Source: Trichosphaerium sp. ATCC 40318 (lineage: Eukaryota; Protista; Tubulinea). Taken from it: a DNA stretch of 64,000 nucleotides. Below the pieces are notes generated by a model. It saw only the letters and a list, made by a program, of their open reading frames with translations. It did not search any database and had not been told where the DNA came from. This document shows, piece by piece, positions 37,918 to 50,839 of the stretch. The stretch is from contig JALMLS010000255.1 of NCBI GenBank assembly GCA_038496445.1, positions 558,001 through 622,000 of the forward strand, written 5' to 3'. Every line of letters starts with the position of its first letter. Positions within the stretch are counted from its first letter, which is position 1. Both the position numbers and the translations under genes were made by a program.

Positions 37918-38330
37918 GAGCCTTCCAGAGGAATACAGGAAGCGCTTAAGTAGAAGCCTTCTTCAGTCCTGTACAACCTACTAGACAAATCTGGAAGATG
38001 TTCTAATGAATCGGGTTGGTGACAACAATGGTCGTTGCCAGGTTGTCTTCCCGAAGGGGTAGAGAGCGTCCGTCACCAACAAGATCTTTGAAGCTGCGGT
38101 TTTAAGGAACTTCGGAGCAGCTACTGAGCAGCTACGAACTCCTTTTTTTTTTCAAAGTGACGGTTTTATCAGACGTACGGGCAAGATCATGCATAGCCTT
38201 TTAGTAGTTACTAGCGTCCTAGCGATGATTTTTGGTAAGTAGCCCGCGTCATGTACGTCCGCCTTGTACCAGAAACTGTGAGATTTTGGAAGCGTTTGTT
38301 TGGTACTTGCTAGAACCAGGCTGTAAGCTT
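37918..38330 (+). ncRNA. Candidate structured ncRNA(s)
   Basis: Nested stems CTTCCAGA/TCTGGAAG, TACAGGA/TCCTGTA, GTTGGTGAC/GTCACCAAC and AGCTGC/GCAGCT; a T run at about 38143-38152; then GACGTAC/GTACGTC, CGGGC/GCCCG and GTACCAGA/TTTGGTAC. Confidence 0.45.
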
Positions 38331-38897
38331 TGACACATGTAGCACAGAATACAAATAATTCATATTAGAATACTAGTTAGAAATTGCCCTGAACTGTTTT
38401 ATGGGTTCAACTGACAACACTGTGTAAGGGTACAAAGGTTGGGTATATGGAAACTAAGTATTTAAGTAATGTAGTTAAGTACAGAGCGTTACACACTGAG
38501 CTATGAAATACAAGTTCAAAGGTACCATTTTTTTAGTTCTCTACTACATACATGCTGTGTCTAATTTAAAATGTATTTTGTTGGGACTGGAGTCATTGTG
38601 GAGAGCTTTGCAAACCGAATTGCTATTTCGAAAGAAATATTGATCTTCATTGTAACTCGTTTAATGACGTTTTTTCGGACCGTTTAAGATAACATATTGT
38701 AAACGCTCTAAAGGACAAACGTATTACGACGGAGGTGATGGCTGTAGGTTCGGTTTACATTTCAGAGAAGCCGGAATGTATTCCCGAGGACAAGAATACT
38801 AAAAGAAAAAACCGCTCGGCTTACCTTCCTTTTTTAGAAACAGTTCCGCCCTGCTGACTTGGCATCACTTGATCATTATCTCAATTCTATACCTCCA

Positions 38898-39809
38898 ATG
38901 GCTACTATTCACTACCTTTTCTATCCGCTCCATGTCGTATTGCTCACATTGGTGCTCTTGCTACTGGTACTGACGTAACTCTCAAGGTACTCATCAAAAA
39001 CATGAACAACTTGGTTGCTGATAAAGTATCTGTTAGCCTGTAGATTTGCTCAACGGTGAGCACAAACAAGAAGCTTATTTGAAAATAAACCCAAAACACC
39101 AAGTACCATCTGTAACCGAAGGAGATGTTGTTGTGCGCGACTCAAGTGCTATTCTCAGGTACCACTTTTGAACACATTATTTCTCCGCAAGAACAAAAAA
39201 ACACAAGCCGCTTATACCCAAAATAGGTATTTTAGCATTCAAAATCCATCACCTGTTTACCCTATAAACAACGCAGTAGCACTTGCTCCAGTACGTTTAC
39301 AAACTTTTATGAATTGATTAAAACGCAATATCACGTTTTGTGAAAAGACAACTAAAGCAGTTTTTTATTTTAGATTGACTCTGCCTACGAATCTATTCGC
39401 AGTGATATCTTCAACACTTGCAACAAGTTTGCTGTTGAGAATTGCTTCGTTTCAAAGGTGTATAAGCAAAGAGAGACATGTCCTAAAAAACTGAAAGAGA
39501 TCACCGATAAACTACAAGCTGAGGTATTTAACACTCTTTTTTTTTTTGCTGAGTTCCTTGTATTTGCTTACCTCTGAATAGCTAGCATTCTACGAGAAGA
39601 ACTACTTCAAGAACTCACGTTTCTTGGTGGGAGACTCTGTATCCATGGCTGACTATGCGTTGTGCGTTTCTCTCGCTCAAGCTACTGGTACTGGATACAA
39701 GGACGCGCTTCCTAAAAAGATTGCTTCTTTGTTCAAAAGAGTTAAGAAAGACCCTGTGTACAAAGAAGCACACGCAGCTTTCTTCGAGTTCGCTGCCACT
39801 ATGGAATAA
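38898..39809 (+). CDS. Glutathione S-transferase
   Basis: YLFLSAPCRIA, GEHKQEAYLKINPKHQVPSV, DSSAILRY, FLVGDSVSMADY. Confidence 0.9.
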
Positions 39810-39994
39810 TAAACAGTACAATAATGTAGTTTGTTAATAAACGAATTCCAACTGTAGCAAGTGTGTTTCAAGTCTTTAAGTCTTTACTTTTCTTAAAGGC
39901 AAAGGGTGTATTTTTTATCTTACATTCACTGTTTCGACACAGCTCCGAATCCTTGTTACTAATACAATGTTTATTTACAATTTTTTTCTACTGT

Positions 39995-41865
39995 TTATGA
40001 AAATAGCGACATAGAGCGTCGTGCAAGAAGCCTAAAACAAATCAAAATTGTAAAAAAGGTTGAACGGTTTACTGTTGATAGGATTTCTTTTGCGACCAAG
40101 TTAGTGATGTATTACTTAAATCTAATGTAGGATGTAATAAATCCAATACTTTAGGATAGTATGGTAGTAATCCACCTCCACCAAGGCATCGAATTTGCCA
40201 TTTAGAAACAGAACACCTAAATCAGTTTTAAGCTATTTTTGTTGGAGCTTAGAAAAGAAGAACAAGCAACTGTTTTATAGCTGAGTTACGTACCATGATT
40301 GTAGCTCACTAATGTTTAATTCATTTGCTATCTTATTCAGAAAATTTAATTGGTTACTCTGTTTAGACCAGTAGCCGTAAGTGACACGTGATCCTTGTTT
40401 TCTACATAAAAAAATTAAGCCGATGGCAACTTCTCCTTTGTTTCGTTTATTGATTTAAACACGCACACAACAGGCCATATGAGATTTGGATACATTGATT
40501 TCATCGCTTTTGGAATGACATAATTGTACCTAGTGATGATGAGTATAAGTATGTATAGAGTATAAAGAGGAACAAGTTGGTAAAAAAAAAGAAATGTAAA
40601 AAAAAGTTGGGATCTCACTTTGCAAGGATTGGAGCGCCACCACATTTCTCTATTTGCTTATGTGATATTGTAAACCAATCACTGAGTAATTTTACATTTA
40701 ATTTAAATCCAATCTCTTCGAATTTCTCGCGTTGGTTATTCACACTATTCCAAAATGATTGAGGAACTTTTTTGAACTTCCAAGCAACCCAAGAAAATAA
40801 AGGGTAGCATGCTCTCAGCATCAAAAACCCTGAAGACTTGTACCTTAGGAGAACAATTAACCGCCATGGCTACTTATAATGATATTATCTCGTACTTGCT
40901 TAGTATACCAGACCCACCGTGATTGTGTAAAGTAGCATTTGATACTCTGTACCACTCGCTGTGAGATTTTAAGTTCAATTTTTCTCCGATCTCATCTAAT
41001 TTATCTCTTTGGTTTTTTAAACTGTTCCAGTGATCCATAGGCACATTTCTAAGCAAATAAAAAGGTAAACATTGACTCCAAGGTTGAAATAACCGCTGAC
41101 TCCCAATTGTTTTCGAACAACCTTCAAATTCCAAAAAAAACACGTGATTTTTATGGTCTTCGTTAAACGATCAAATTTATGTTCACGAAACGTTATTGGA
41201 GGAAATGAATGTCAGTTGAGTGTCAGTTTGGTCGTGTCAAGAAAGTGGAAAAAAATGAGATAATATTAGCATGCTGCGTACTGAAATTTGCTAGGTTGCC
41301 AAGGATACTTTGGAAAGACTGCTTTCAAAGTTTTGTAGAGCGAACGTCCATGCCTTCGATAATGCATCAGTTTAGCATCATACTACTGAAGAACGTACCG
41401 CTCTAGCACCATAGCAGAGCCAAGAGATTCAAAGTTTTCAAAGCTTACGGTGTACCATCCATCTAGCGTTTTAATTCCCATACGCTTACCAACTGCGTTT
41501 AAAGCCGCAATTTCATTGCGAACACTAAGCCAATAGCCGTTTGGAGATTTCCTAAACGATCTAATTACAAAAAAGCGATAACAGCCTGTAACGTACTTTA
41601 ATCGCTTTTTCGTTGCGTGTTTGGTGCGTTCGAAGGGTTGAAAACGAGAAGTTAGTGTTTTGACGTGTGTACTGTCAGCAAGTTAGTACAATTGTTGTAT
41701 ACAGAGTGTCTCGATGGTAATTACGCACATGGTAGCTTTTGGTGTCGCTTTTTGATTGTTTTTGTTAACAGCACCAGTCAAATGGATTTCAACGCATCGG
41801 GGTGTAGTATTAAATGCTACTGAATCGATTTTACATCCCGTTGATGCTATTCGTATTGGACGCAT
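39995..41865 (-). CDS. Tandem-repeat protein (W..NQR..D.IG.KL....DW......GG..L..Y repeats); function unknown, boundaries approximate
   Basis: At least four repeat units, e.g. HWNSLKNQRDKLDEIGEKLNLKSHSEWYRVSNATLHNHGGSGILSKY and FWNSVNNQREKFEEIGFKLNVKLLSDWFTISHKQIEKCGGAPILAK. Confidence 0.65.
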
Positions 41866-42012
41866 TAGTACAAGGCGGGTAACACGTTTGTTGTTGCGCC
41901 CACCTGTTTCATTTCTCGTTGTAACGTGACTGCACAAGACCACAATAAATTCTTGGCGTTAAACTACAAAACTGTTGTTTCTTTGATCACTCACGTACTT
42001 TTTGACCGTAAA

Positions 42013-43425
42013 ATGTCTACAGGGTTTCAGAATGAAGATCAGGTAATTTTACGCCTCCCAGAGGGCTTGGCGAGCCAATTACGTAAAATGATAAGATCTG
42101 GCGGTTCTTCTAATGGCATTGAGTTATCCATGGACAGTACGGGTTGATTAGCTACACAATTGAACTAAATTTTGAAAGGTAAACGTGAGGGTGTCTTTAC
42201 AATGAATGGCACAGAGCATGAGGTTACTCTAGTGGACTTACCATGTATAATTGAGACGCAAAAGACTCTAGACAATAGAACGTACTATAAGAGTGGTAGC
42301 ATATCCCAGGTACATACAATGGGTTGAATGCTCGTATAACAAGGTAAAAAGATGTTACTCGTACAAAATGAAGAAGGATGGGAGCAACAATGGAATGATC
42401 GTTACGAGGTTGACTCTGGACTCACTCCGCCAACGAGAAACATAAGAAGGCGTAAATTTAAACACATCGAAAAAATGAAGCGGGAAGAGGTTCAACCAAC
42501 AGAAAACGAGCTAATTAAGCGTATAAGAGGTAAACACAACCAAGAAAAACCAGAACTAGTGGAGGATTTCCTTCAAAAACATGAGCACTGCTCGCTTTTG
42601 GAATTTTGATGTGATAGCTTTTATGTCACTTAACACGGTCTGTTCTAGGCGAAAGCAGCGGTAATGGTGCTGAGAATGTAGAACTTGTGTCTGTAGATGC
42701 TATTAAAGATATAGTGAAGAAAAAGGATAAGAACACAATCGTTACAGTGCGTAATACGCCTAAAGGCGAAAAAACAAAAAGTACGTCCACGTGGAATTTG
42801 TAAAATTTTTTGTTCTTCTTCTTTCCTTGGAATCTATTTTAACTGTATTGTAGCTGGCATTACTATTGTTGATGAAACAAAAATGGCTGATGAACAAGAA
42901 GCTGCTCAAGCGGCAGCAAGTACGCCAGAAAACTTCATAAAAAAAGACTATTGCTTACCCTGTCAGATATGCCTAATTTATTCGATCAAAGTGGAACACA
43001 AACTCCAGCAAGTCCAGGCGCCGTTGCTATGTCTCCACCACATGTTTTGAAGCCTGGAAAACCAAGTACGCTACAAACAAACAACACAATTTTGTTTTTT
43101 AGCTTTAGCCAGTTTTTGTTGATCCCACTTCTTTAGGCTACGAAAGTAACCCAGCATATTTGGATTTGCGACAAAGGCGCCTTAAATTAGAAGGTACAAT
43201 ACGTGAATTGATGCGTAAGCGTCAAGGTCTAGAGAGTAACCTGCAGAAAGAACAAAATCCAATGATGAAGGTATCTTAAAAATAATTGTTTTTTCAAAAG
43301 ACTAAATCTTGTAGAACCGCATCCAACAAGACATTAACCAAGTAAATAATATTATGGCTGTGAATCAAACGGAGAATAATACAGTTAAAGAACAAATGAA
43401 GCGTATAGCAGATGCACATGCATAA
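42013..43425 (+). CDS. TAF7: TFIID subunit 7
   Basis: EDQVILRLP, LVDLPCIIETQKTLD..YYKSGSISQML, SGLTPPTRNIRRRKF, C-terminal coiled coil with NPMMK. Confidence 0.92.
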
Positions 43426-43714
43426 ACATAACAAAAAACTGAGGAATTAAAAAAACTGTATTGGAGTATCGCAATCGATCTGTTGCTGTAAGTTTATCCT
43501 TGCTCAAACAAAAAAAATATCAAATAAAATTGTACATAGTTGTAAGATTATAACTCGTTTATACGCATTTCTTTTGTACAAACAAGTGACATTTTGACAC
43601 ATGTTATTCAATGAACAATAACGACCAAACATAGTGCAGATGTCAAAAAAAAACAAAGCAGTGCGTTGCCGATTTATAGGTTAGTTACAAGAATATACAT
43701 ACAGAGCCTCGATG

Positions 43715-44486
43715 TTACTCAGCAGAGAATGCCAAGACTTGTAAACATCCCTCAATATATTCATCTAGAGTCACCTAAACGAAGATAAGAAAATGCAATC
43801 CAAAAGGGTACCGATAAATAACGGAGCATTTAACAAATCATGTTCTGTATCTTTCAAAAAATTACCTTTCCATCGTCATTAGCGTCAAGTTCCTTTAAAT
43901 ACTCTTCTGCGCCAGTTTGCTAAACCCATAAATTAAACTAAAGCAAACCAACGGAAAACCAGAGTTATTAATAGTGGCGTTTGTCTAGGTTAGTTTATTG
44001 CGCGTACGTCAAGTCTTTGGAAAGCTTTTTTCATTTCTGTTAGAGTTACAACGCCATCTTTGTTTTTGTCAAGGAAATTGAAGTCATCAAGGAAGCGTCT
44101 CTTTACAAGATCTGTAAATTCTTCAAGATCAATCCTAGTGCAATTTAACGGTCTGTAAAAACTCAAATGATATTTTGGAAGCGAAATATGATCTTTTTAT
44201 CGATTTTGCGTACTGTCCGTCGTCGTTTGCGTCGATTTGTTTGATTCCCTTTAAAATTTCTCCTCGTGACAATTTAAGCACTGCCTAGCACTCTTTGAGC
44301 GTGGATTATGTTATTTGCGTGGTTTTAAACGTTTTTAGCTCATTTGTGTATGTTTGGTTAACAAAATGGTACTTCTAGTTCTGTTAGGCTCAGTTTTCCA
44401 TCACCGTTTGAATCCAGTTTATCGAAGACTTTTTTTATCATTGCCTCCTTTTTCTTGTCTATCTTTCCTCCTGCCTTGTTGCCCAT
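43715..44486 (-). CDS. N-myristoylated EF-hand calcium-binding protein
   Basis: MGNK N-terminus. EF loops DSNGDGKLS, DANDDG, DKNKDGVVTLTE and DANDDG. Confidence 0.85.
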
Positions 44487-44973
44487 GTTGTCACAAACCA
44501 AATTATGGTTTTTCTCGGAGTAATGACACGAATTGACCAGTTTTTATTAAGGTCCGATTTGTAACACTACAACCAACTCTGCTGTGGGTCAACAACGAAG
44601 ATATACCGGTTTTAACTTTTTTTTTAACTTTCAGTGATGACGTTAACACCCTTTGCCAAATGAGGACAAGGCGACTGACTACTTCTTTACTCATTGTGTT
44701 TATGACAGTTAACTTAATGTAATTGTGTTCCATCAAGGTTACAAAGTGACATTTTACGTTGAAGTTTACAATGGTTGACCGATTTTAGGATATCACGAGA
44801 TCTGACATGCTTCTCGTTGAGCGATTGTATTCATTTTGTAAAGGCCTGGGTGGGGAGCGTTACGAGAAAGAAAATAAAGCGCTGACTGACGCTTGTACGC
44901 TTTGAAAGTTTTAAAAATTGGCGGCTAACCAATTCCAGTTCAAATATGCGACTATGGATGTCCTGGAGAGCGT

Positions 44974-47900
44974 ATGGCGTTACGTGTTCGAAAAGTCAAT
45001 ACAAATGCCACAAGAGAGGTACATGAATCTTACGCCTAGGAATGGTACTGTAGTGTTGTGGTAACAGTATACAGGATTTCGTGTTGAGAAATCTAACCGA
45101 TCTTCGAGAGGGTATCTCGTATTGCACTGAAATAGGTACTCGCGTACACAGAGGTGCTAGTCAGATATTTCTTGGCGGTACGGGTTGAAATTAGAGTCTC
45201 GAAGGCGTAATCGCTTTACTTAGGTGGTTTTATAACTGTTGCGCTACCTAACTCAGGTTTGACGTATCAACTGGTTAGTTTTCGCACGTGAGTGTAAATA
45301 CGAAGTGCTAACGTCAAATCTATCTATAGAAAGGATCATTACACGTCCCAGTACTAAAGAAGGCTATACAACTATTCCTCAAAAACGAAACGGTTACAAA
45401 GAATACACCAATGATTTTTTTCGATAAATCAAAGAGATTCACGTTCTTCGTTAGTGACTTACGTAATCTATCATTGGTACGTAACAACCAACTTTGGTCT
45501 ATGTATTTTCATATACAACATGCACCCAATAATGGGAGAGGCTCTTTTTAAATAACAAGTTGAACCAAACAATGCAATCCACAAGAAAACCAAGTTTTGT
45601 CAAAACTTGTATTTTGTGTTTTTTTAGTTTTTCGTTGGTCGATGATTTTGTCCATGTGCTTACTCGGATTGTTGTTAGAATATTGCGTATTATAATCAAG
45701 ATGAAACTATTGAACTATACCGTCAAAATAAAGGAGATATCATTGACTTTAAATTTGGACATAAGCTCAAGGATTCATCAACAATTATTCCAAGAAACGT
45801 ACTTAGTCAAATTAAACAAGACGAAAATGCTCCACCAAATGCAGTTACAGATAAAATCAAATATGATAAAGATAAGACTACGATCACATATATTGATGTC
45901 GCCAAGCGGCGTAACGAAAAAGTTGTACTACTCAGTGCACTGCTCAAAAAAACTCCTATGGTTTTGCCTGGTTAGCTTTTTTGTTGAGCATCTTATTGAC
46001 TGTTTTATAGCGCCAGAGCCTATGAATATAGTATCTAATTCTGCTGGAAAAAAGAGAAAACGGTATGTACCATGAATATTGTTTGCGCATCGTTATGTTA
46101 AGGCTATACTTTCTTACTTTCTTTTTAGCATAGCAACACCGTTACAAGCGTCCCCACCACCACCTCCACCTCTACCTCCACGACCTCCGTTGGTGCCTAT
46201 AGCTCCACCACTACCTGAGAGAATAGGGCCGCCACCACCACCAATTATGGGACCGCCACCAATGGCACTGGGGTCTTCTAGAGTAAAGTTAAGGAAAACC
46301 AAGGCAAGAATAACGATTTTCTTTTATGTCTAACATGCCATTAGAGTACCAAAAATTTTCATTGGTCTGCTGTGCCCAAGACACAGTTACCTCAATCTAG
46401 ATGGTTTAAGCGTGAAGGAACAAAGTCTGTACCGACACTAGCGATTCTTGACGAGCAAGAAATACAAGCTATTTTCGCTAAATCGCCTGACAAGGCTGGT
46501 GCGCTTTTTTTTTGTTTTCTTTTTTTTTCTCATTTTACAGTTTACGTGTTTCCTCGTGTTTCATAGTCTTTCTTACGTCTTGTTTTGTGTTACAGCACGT
46601 GAGAAATCCAGGAAGAAAAAGAGTAATATCACTACATTAACTAGAGCTAAGAAGCGTAAGTTGTCGTTGCTACCAAACAAACGTGCACAAACAGTTTCAA
46701 TCATGTTGCTCAACTTTCGTGGGGTTCTGTTTGATGATATTAAAACAAGCTTAATGTTATTGGAAGATACTTGTAATGAAGAACAGTTAATCAACTTAAA
46801 ACGTATATTCCCTTTGACAGAACAAGAGGTATAAGAAAAGATATTTACTTGTTTTATTTGGTTCTGACGTAGTTTTTTAGATGAGGGTGTTTAGTAAGTT
46901 TAATGGTGTTGCATCTGATCTTGGTAACCCTGATCGTTTTTTCCTGACAGTATGTTTATTATTAGAGTCTGTTGTGGTATTAACGCTTGTTTGGTAGATG
47001 CATGATGTCCCAGATCTTGAGTTTAGAATAGATATGTTGTTGCTTAAGTGTGAAGCTCCAACGCTTATGAACGAGTTGTCACAGGTACCCATTTATTATT
47101 TAGTCTGGTTCTGTGTATTGGATGCATTTAATAATATTTTAGTCTCTTACAATCGTACAAAGCGCATCTCGAGAGCTTAGGTCCTCTAAACTATTTGAAG
47201 AAGTTTTTGATGTAAGTTCATTTCTTTTGTGATAATGTCTTATTCTATTAGCTCATTTATGAAATGGGCACTGTTCTCAATAGAGGCTCGTTTTTGGGAA
47301 GAACCACTGGCATTCGATTGGATACTTTATTGCAGGTACAGTAAAACAGAATTTATGATTTTATTAACTGTTCCCAGTTGACAACAATAAAATCACGAAA
47401 ACATGGTATAGACTTGCTTGATTATGTGGTAAATGTGACTTCAAAGAAAAAGCCAGAATTGATAAACTTCTATAACGAGTTGTCGAGTGTAGAACAGGCA
47501 GCCCAAGGTAAGAGGAGAGTACAATCTCGTTCGTCTTTATTTTTTAAAACACCATCTCTGACACGCCTTTTTAGTGTCATTGCAGGCCACAAAGAATAGT
47601 GTATCACAGTTAAACACACGCCTTTCTTTACTAGAAAATAAATTAGAGCAAGCACGTGGGTCTGACGACAGTTTGAAAGGCTTTGATGCACTGATAGTAT
47701 CCTGGAGTATTTTCTTAAATCTTTCTTATTTTTTTGTTTATAGTAGAATTATCCTTAACCATCTGTAACAGCCATTCCATAGCCGATGTAAAAAAGAATT
47801 AGATGTACTGAACGACGCCCTTAAAACTGCTACAGAGGAGTTTGAGGAGACCTCAAAGTATTATGGTGAAGATCCGTCAAAAATGACATCTTTAAAATTA

Positions 47901-48039
47901 TTTGGGACAGTTGACAAGTTTATCAACGTTTTTAAGGTATGTCTGTTGATATCTATATTATTGAGATGGATGGTATTTTCTTAATTTTAACATGCTATTA
48001 CAGGTTGCTGTGGAACGGTACAACACAAAACCAAAATAA
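44974..48039 (+). CDS. Formin (FH1-FH2); start approximate
   Basis: Poly-Pro FH1 at 46150-46262. FH2 motifs KNFHWSAV, LLPNKRAQTVSIML, LGNPDRFF, GIRLDTL, LLDYVV and YYGED. Confidence 0.9.
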
Positions 48040-48225
48040 AATTTGAGTGAGTTTTTGGTATTCAAAGGATATTGCCGTGAGGTACAAAACACAAGTGTAA
48101 ATAAAGATGGACAAATATTATGTACTAAAGTGGTATTGGTTGTATCAGTGTAGGAGCTGTGGTTTAAAATAAGTGACGTAAATCGGACAAATGAGCTTAA
48201 TTAAGTTTCATTATGTTTACTAAAT

Positions 48226-50173
48226 CTAAACAAATTTGCGAAAGGATTCGGATTGCTTTTCACAGCTCGCTAACTGAGATAAGTAAACAATAAACTTAGA
48301 AAAAGCGTACAATAAGACCTTCAAAACCTTGCCACGTGCCAATGACCATAGCAACAACACCAAGAGCAATAACAAGAGTATGCAGAACACATCTAAAAAT
48401 AGATATATTCTTTGAAGCAATCTTCCAGTGAAACAAGACTGGGAATATCTACCATCAAGTTAAAACACTGTATTCATAATTTTCACTCTTACAAACAATC
48501 CAGGTACTCCAAAAGTTGCAGTTAGTAATGACATAAGAGGCAGAAAATACGGTAACTAAATAAGAGCGTCAGGCATCAATTTTTATAAGTCGACGAAGCA
48601 AGGAATATTCTTTCGTACGCCAAGTCCTACAATGACGAATAATATCATCAATATAACACGTGTCATGCCTCTCTTATAAAACGTATTGCTCAACCCTGTT
48701 TGATGCTCAAGCTACAAAGAACTTAAGTGAGTAGCACTATACAAGCGGGTAAAACAAAATTATACTTACAAACGAAGCCAAAGCTGTCATGAAAATTGGA
48801 AAAGCTGACATTAAGTGAACCACAAGCAAACCATTACATATATCAACAACAACCTAGTAACAAGGTTAACAAAGTGTGTTTGATGTAACCTGTTTCAACA
48901 GTCAAAAAAATAAAACCTTGTATTTGGAGAACATCTTAATACTATCAAGTAAGTTATCAACATGCGGTGAATTCAAGTTATGTCCGTAAGTGAAGTAACC
49001 TATTGCTGCAACCGGGAAGTACATAACTAAAATATATGTTAACAAAAAATTAGAAATAAAAAAACCCGCACGTGATACAGTTGTAAAGCCAACAATTACA
49101 GTCATATCCCAATCTTTCTTGTCTTTTAATTCTACCCAATAATTTGGAAACTAGATGATCATGAACAGTACTGTCATGTTGTATCTACATACCACTGGGA
49201 TTGATCCATAGGCAAATAGAAATATATTAAATCCTATAGCAATAGTATCCCATTTAACTGGATCATGGTACATACCATTCTCCCTCGATGTAATAAAATA
49301 ATCATCCGAAGTATAAAATATCATAGGTAATATAATACTGACGATTGCAACGACTATATCCATGTTAGATGCCGACCACATACTTCAACTATACCCATAG
49401 TAGATCCAGAAGCTAAATAGCTACCATAGAAGTCAAAAGAGCTTTATACAATAGTGTACCTTGTCCATTTGACTTCACCAAATGTTTGTGTCAATACAAT
49501 AACAGGTGTCAAAAGTATACCAGCAAGAAGAGTCCAAAAGCCATCTGGAACTGTAGGTACAATACTATGCATAAGATCACCTATTACTTAATCAATAAAC
49601 AATACATTAGAACCATTTAGGTGCCTGTCAACACAAGGAATATGATACCAACGCCGCCAAGCGTCACATAAACAGTAATCCACGTGAGTAATTTTCCCGT
49701 GAAACCGAATGCGTATTGACCAATATCACCGTACCTAAATACCATTTGGTTCAGCTCTAGGACTAAGTACGACTAGTACTTGCTCTCTAAGAGGTGCTCC
49801 TTCCATAACCATAATCTCCATTGTGTCACCAAGGCTCATACCAGCGTACGTCGTAACAACGACGACAACAAACAACATGACAATACCAACCCATCCAGAG
49901 CTATCTACAGCCGCGGGTAACCCAAGCTAACAGTACTTTAAAGAGTATACCCGAAATAACTCTTGTCGTACAAGTCCAGCGCCAGCAGTGGCGCCTACGA
50001 TCAAGCTACTAGTAGAAAACCTAATCAAGTTAGAGCGAGAGCCAGCTAGACTGCTTTTCGTTTAATAGAGCGTACCATGCGTTTTTACCTATTGTACCAG
50101 TATTGTAGCCTTCTATAGTCGGTATATCAGCTTGTATGCGTTCTTTAGTAGACACCGTTGACATTTCCAGCAT
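48226..50173 (-). CDS. Amino acid transporter (Aa_trans/AAAP family)
   Basis: IVGATAGAGL|LGLPAA, YGDIGQYAFG, FNIFLFAYG, VAAIGYFTYG and multiple TM exons. Confidence 0.85.
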
Positions 50174-50283
50174 ATTTTTCTACGCATGTCACGTGCTTTG
50201 ACTTTTTTTTGCCATAATGACCAAAAACAAAAACAGGCTTGTTTATACAACTTACATGCCTGTAGAATAATAAGGCTACCCAT

Positions 50284-50724
50284 ATGACGTTAGAGATGTA
50301 TTTACTGATCTATGGCTGTATTATAATACTGACCATTACAGCATACCTTACCTGTACTATAGAGCCATGGTTTAAATTAAAACATGAAGATTGCTATCTG
50401 TTGCATCTTCCAGTTGAGATTCAGCTCGATATTATTGATCTAGACTCATCCACGTATTTAAATTTTATATGGCCATTACTTTCAAAGCAGACAGCGATGG
50501 TGACGAGATTTGATAGTAGCATGAAGAAGCATGGGAAATGGCAGAGAAGAACAATAGATAACCACCTTGTTTGGCAGGAATATTGGAAACATGGTAAACA
50601 ACACGGATACTGCAAACGTTGGCACCGCAATGGCAGGTTACAGGAGCAACGTGATTATATCAATGGCATAATGGTAGAGCACAAAAATTGGAATGATAAG
50701 GGACAGTTATGGTTTAAGTACTAG
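50284..50724 (+). CDS. Intronless small F-box-like + MORN-variant repeat protein with N-terminal hydrophobic helix
   Basis: LLHLPVEIQLDI..LSK..KHGKW..YWKHGKQHGYCKRWHRNGRL aligns with the N-terminus and repeats of the 20444-22519 protein. Confidence 0.75.
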   Translation: MTLEMYLLIYGCIIILTITAYLTCTIEPWFKLKHEDCYLLHLPVEIQLDIIDLDSSTYLNFIWPLLSKQTAMVTRFDSSMKKHGKWQRRTIDNHLVWQEYWKHGKQHGYCKRWHRNGRLQEQRDYINGIMVEHKNWNDKGQLWFKY

Positions 50725-50839
50725 TACTTTGATGCTATTTGCGACTGAGAGAAGACAAGCCTCGTACATGAGATGGGGTTTTTGAATGTGATTTGTAACC
50801 GGCGTGTTAACCACAAACATATTTCGCTTAGGTGTTACT

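Noticed and set aside
38030-38125. SRP RNA resemblance (CCAGGTTG, GGAGCAG)
   Set aside because: The 5' CAGG of helix 8 is missing and there is no long 3' strand returning to an Alu domain.
38190-38240. U5 snRNA
   Set aside because: The loop is GCCTTTTAG rather than GCCTTTTAC, the closing stem is poor and the Sm site is too close.
47695-47742. U12-type intron (GTATCCT donor) in the formin
   Set aside because: The donor is GTATCCTG rather than GTATCCTT, and there is no clear TCCTTAAC branch point before the likely acceptor.
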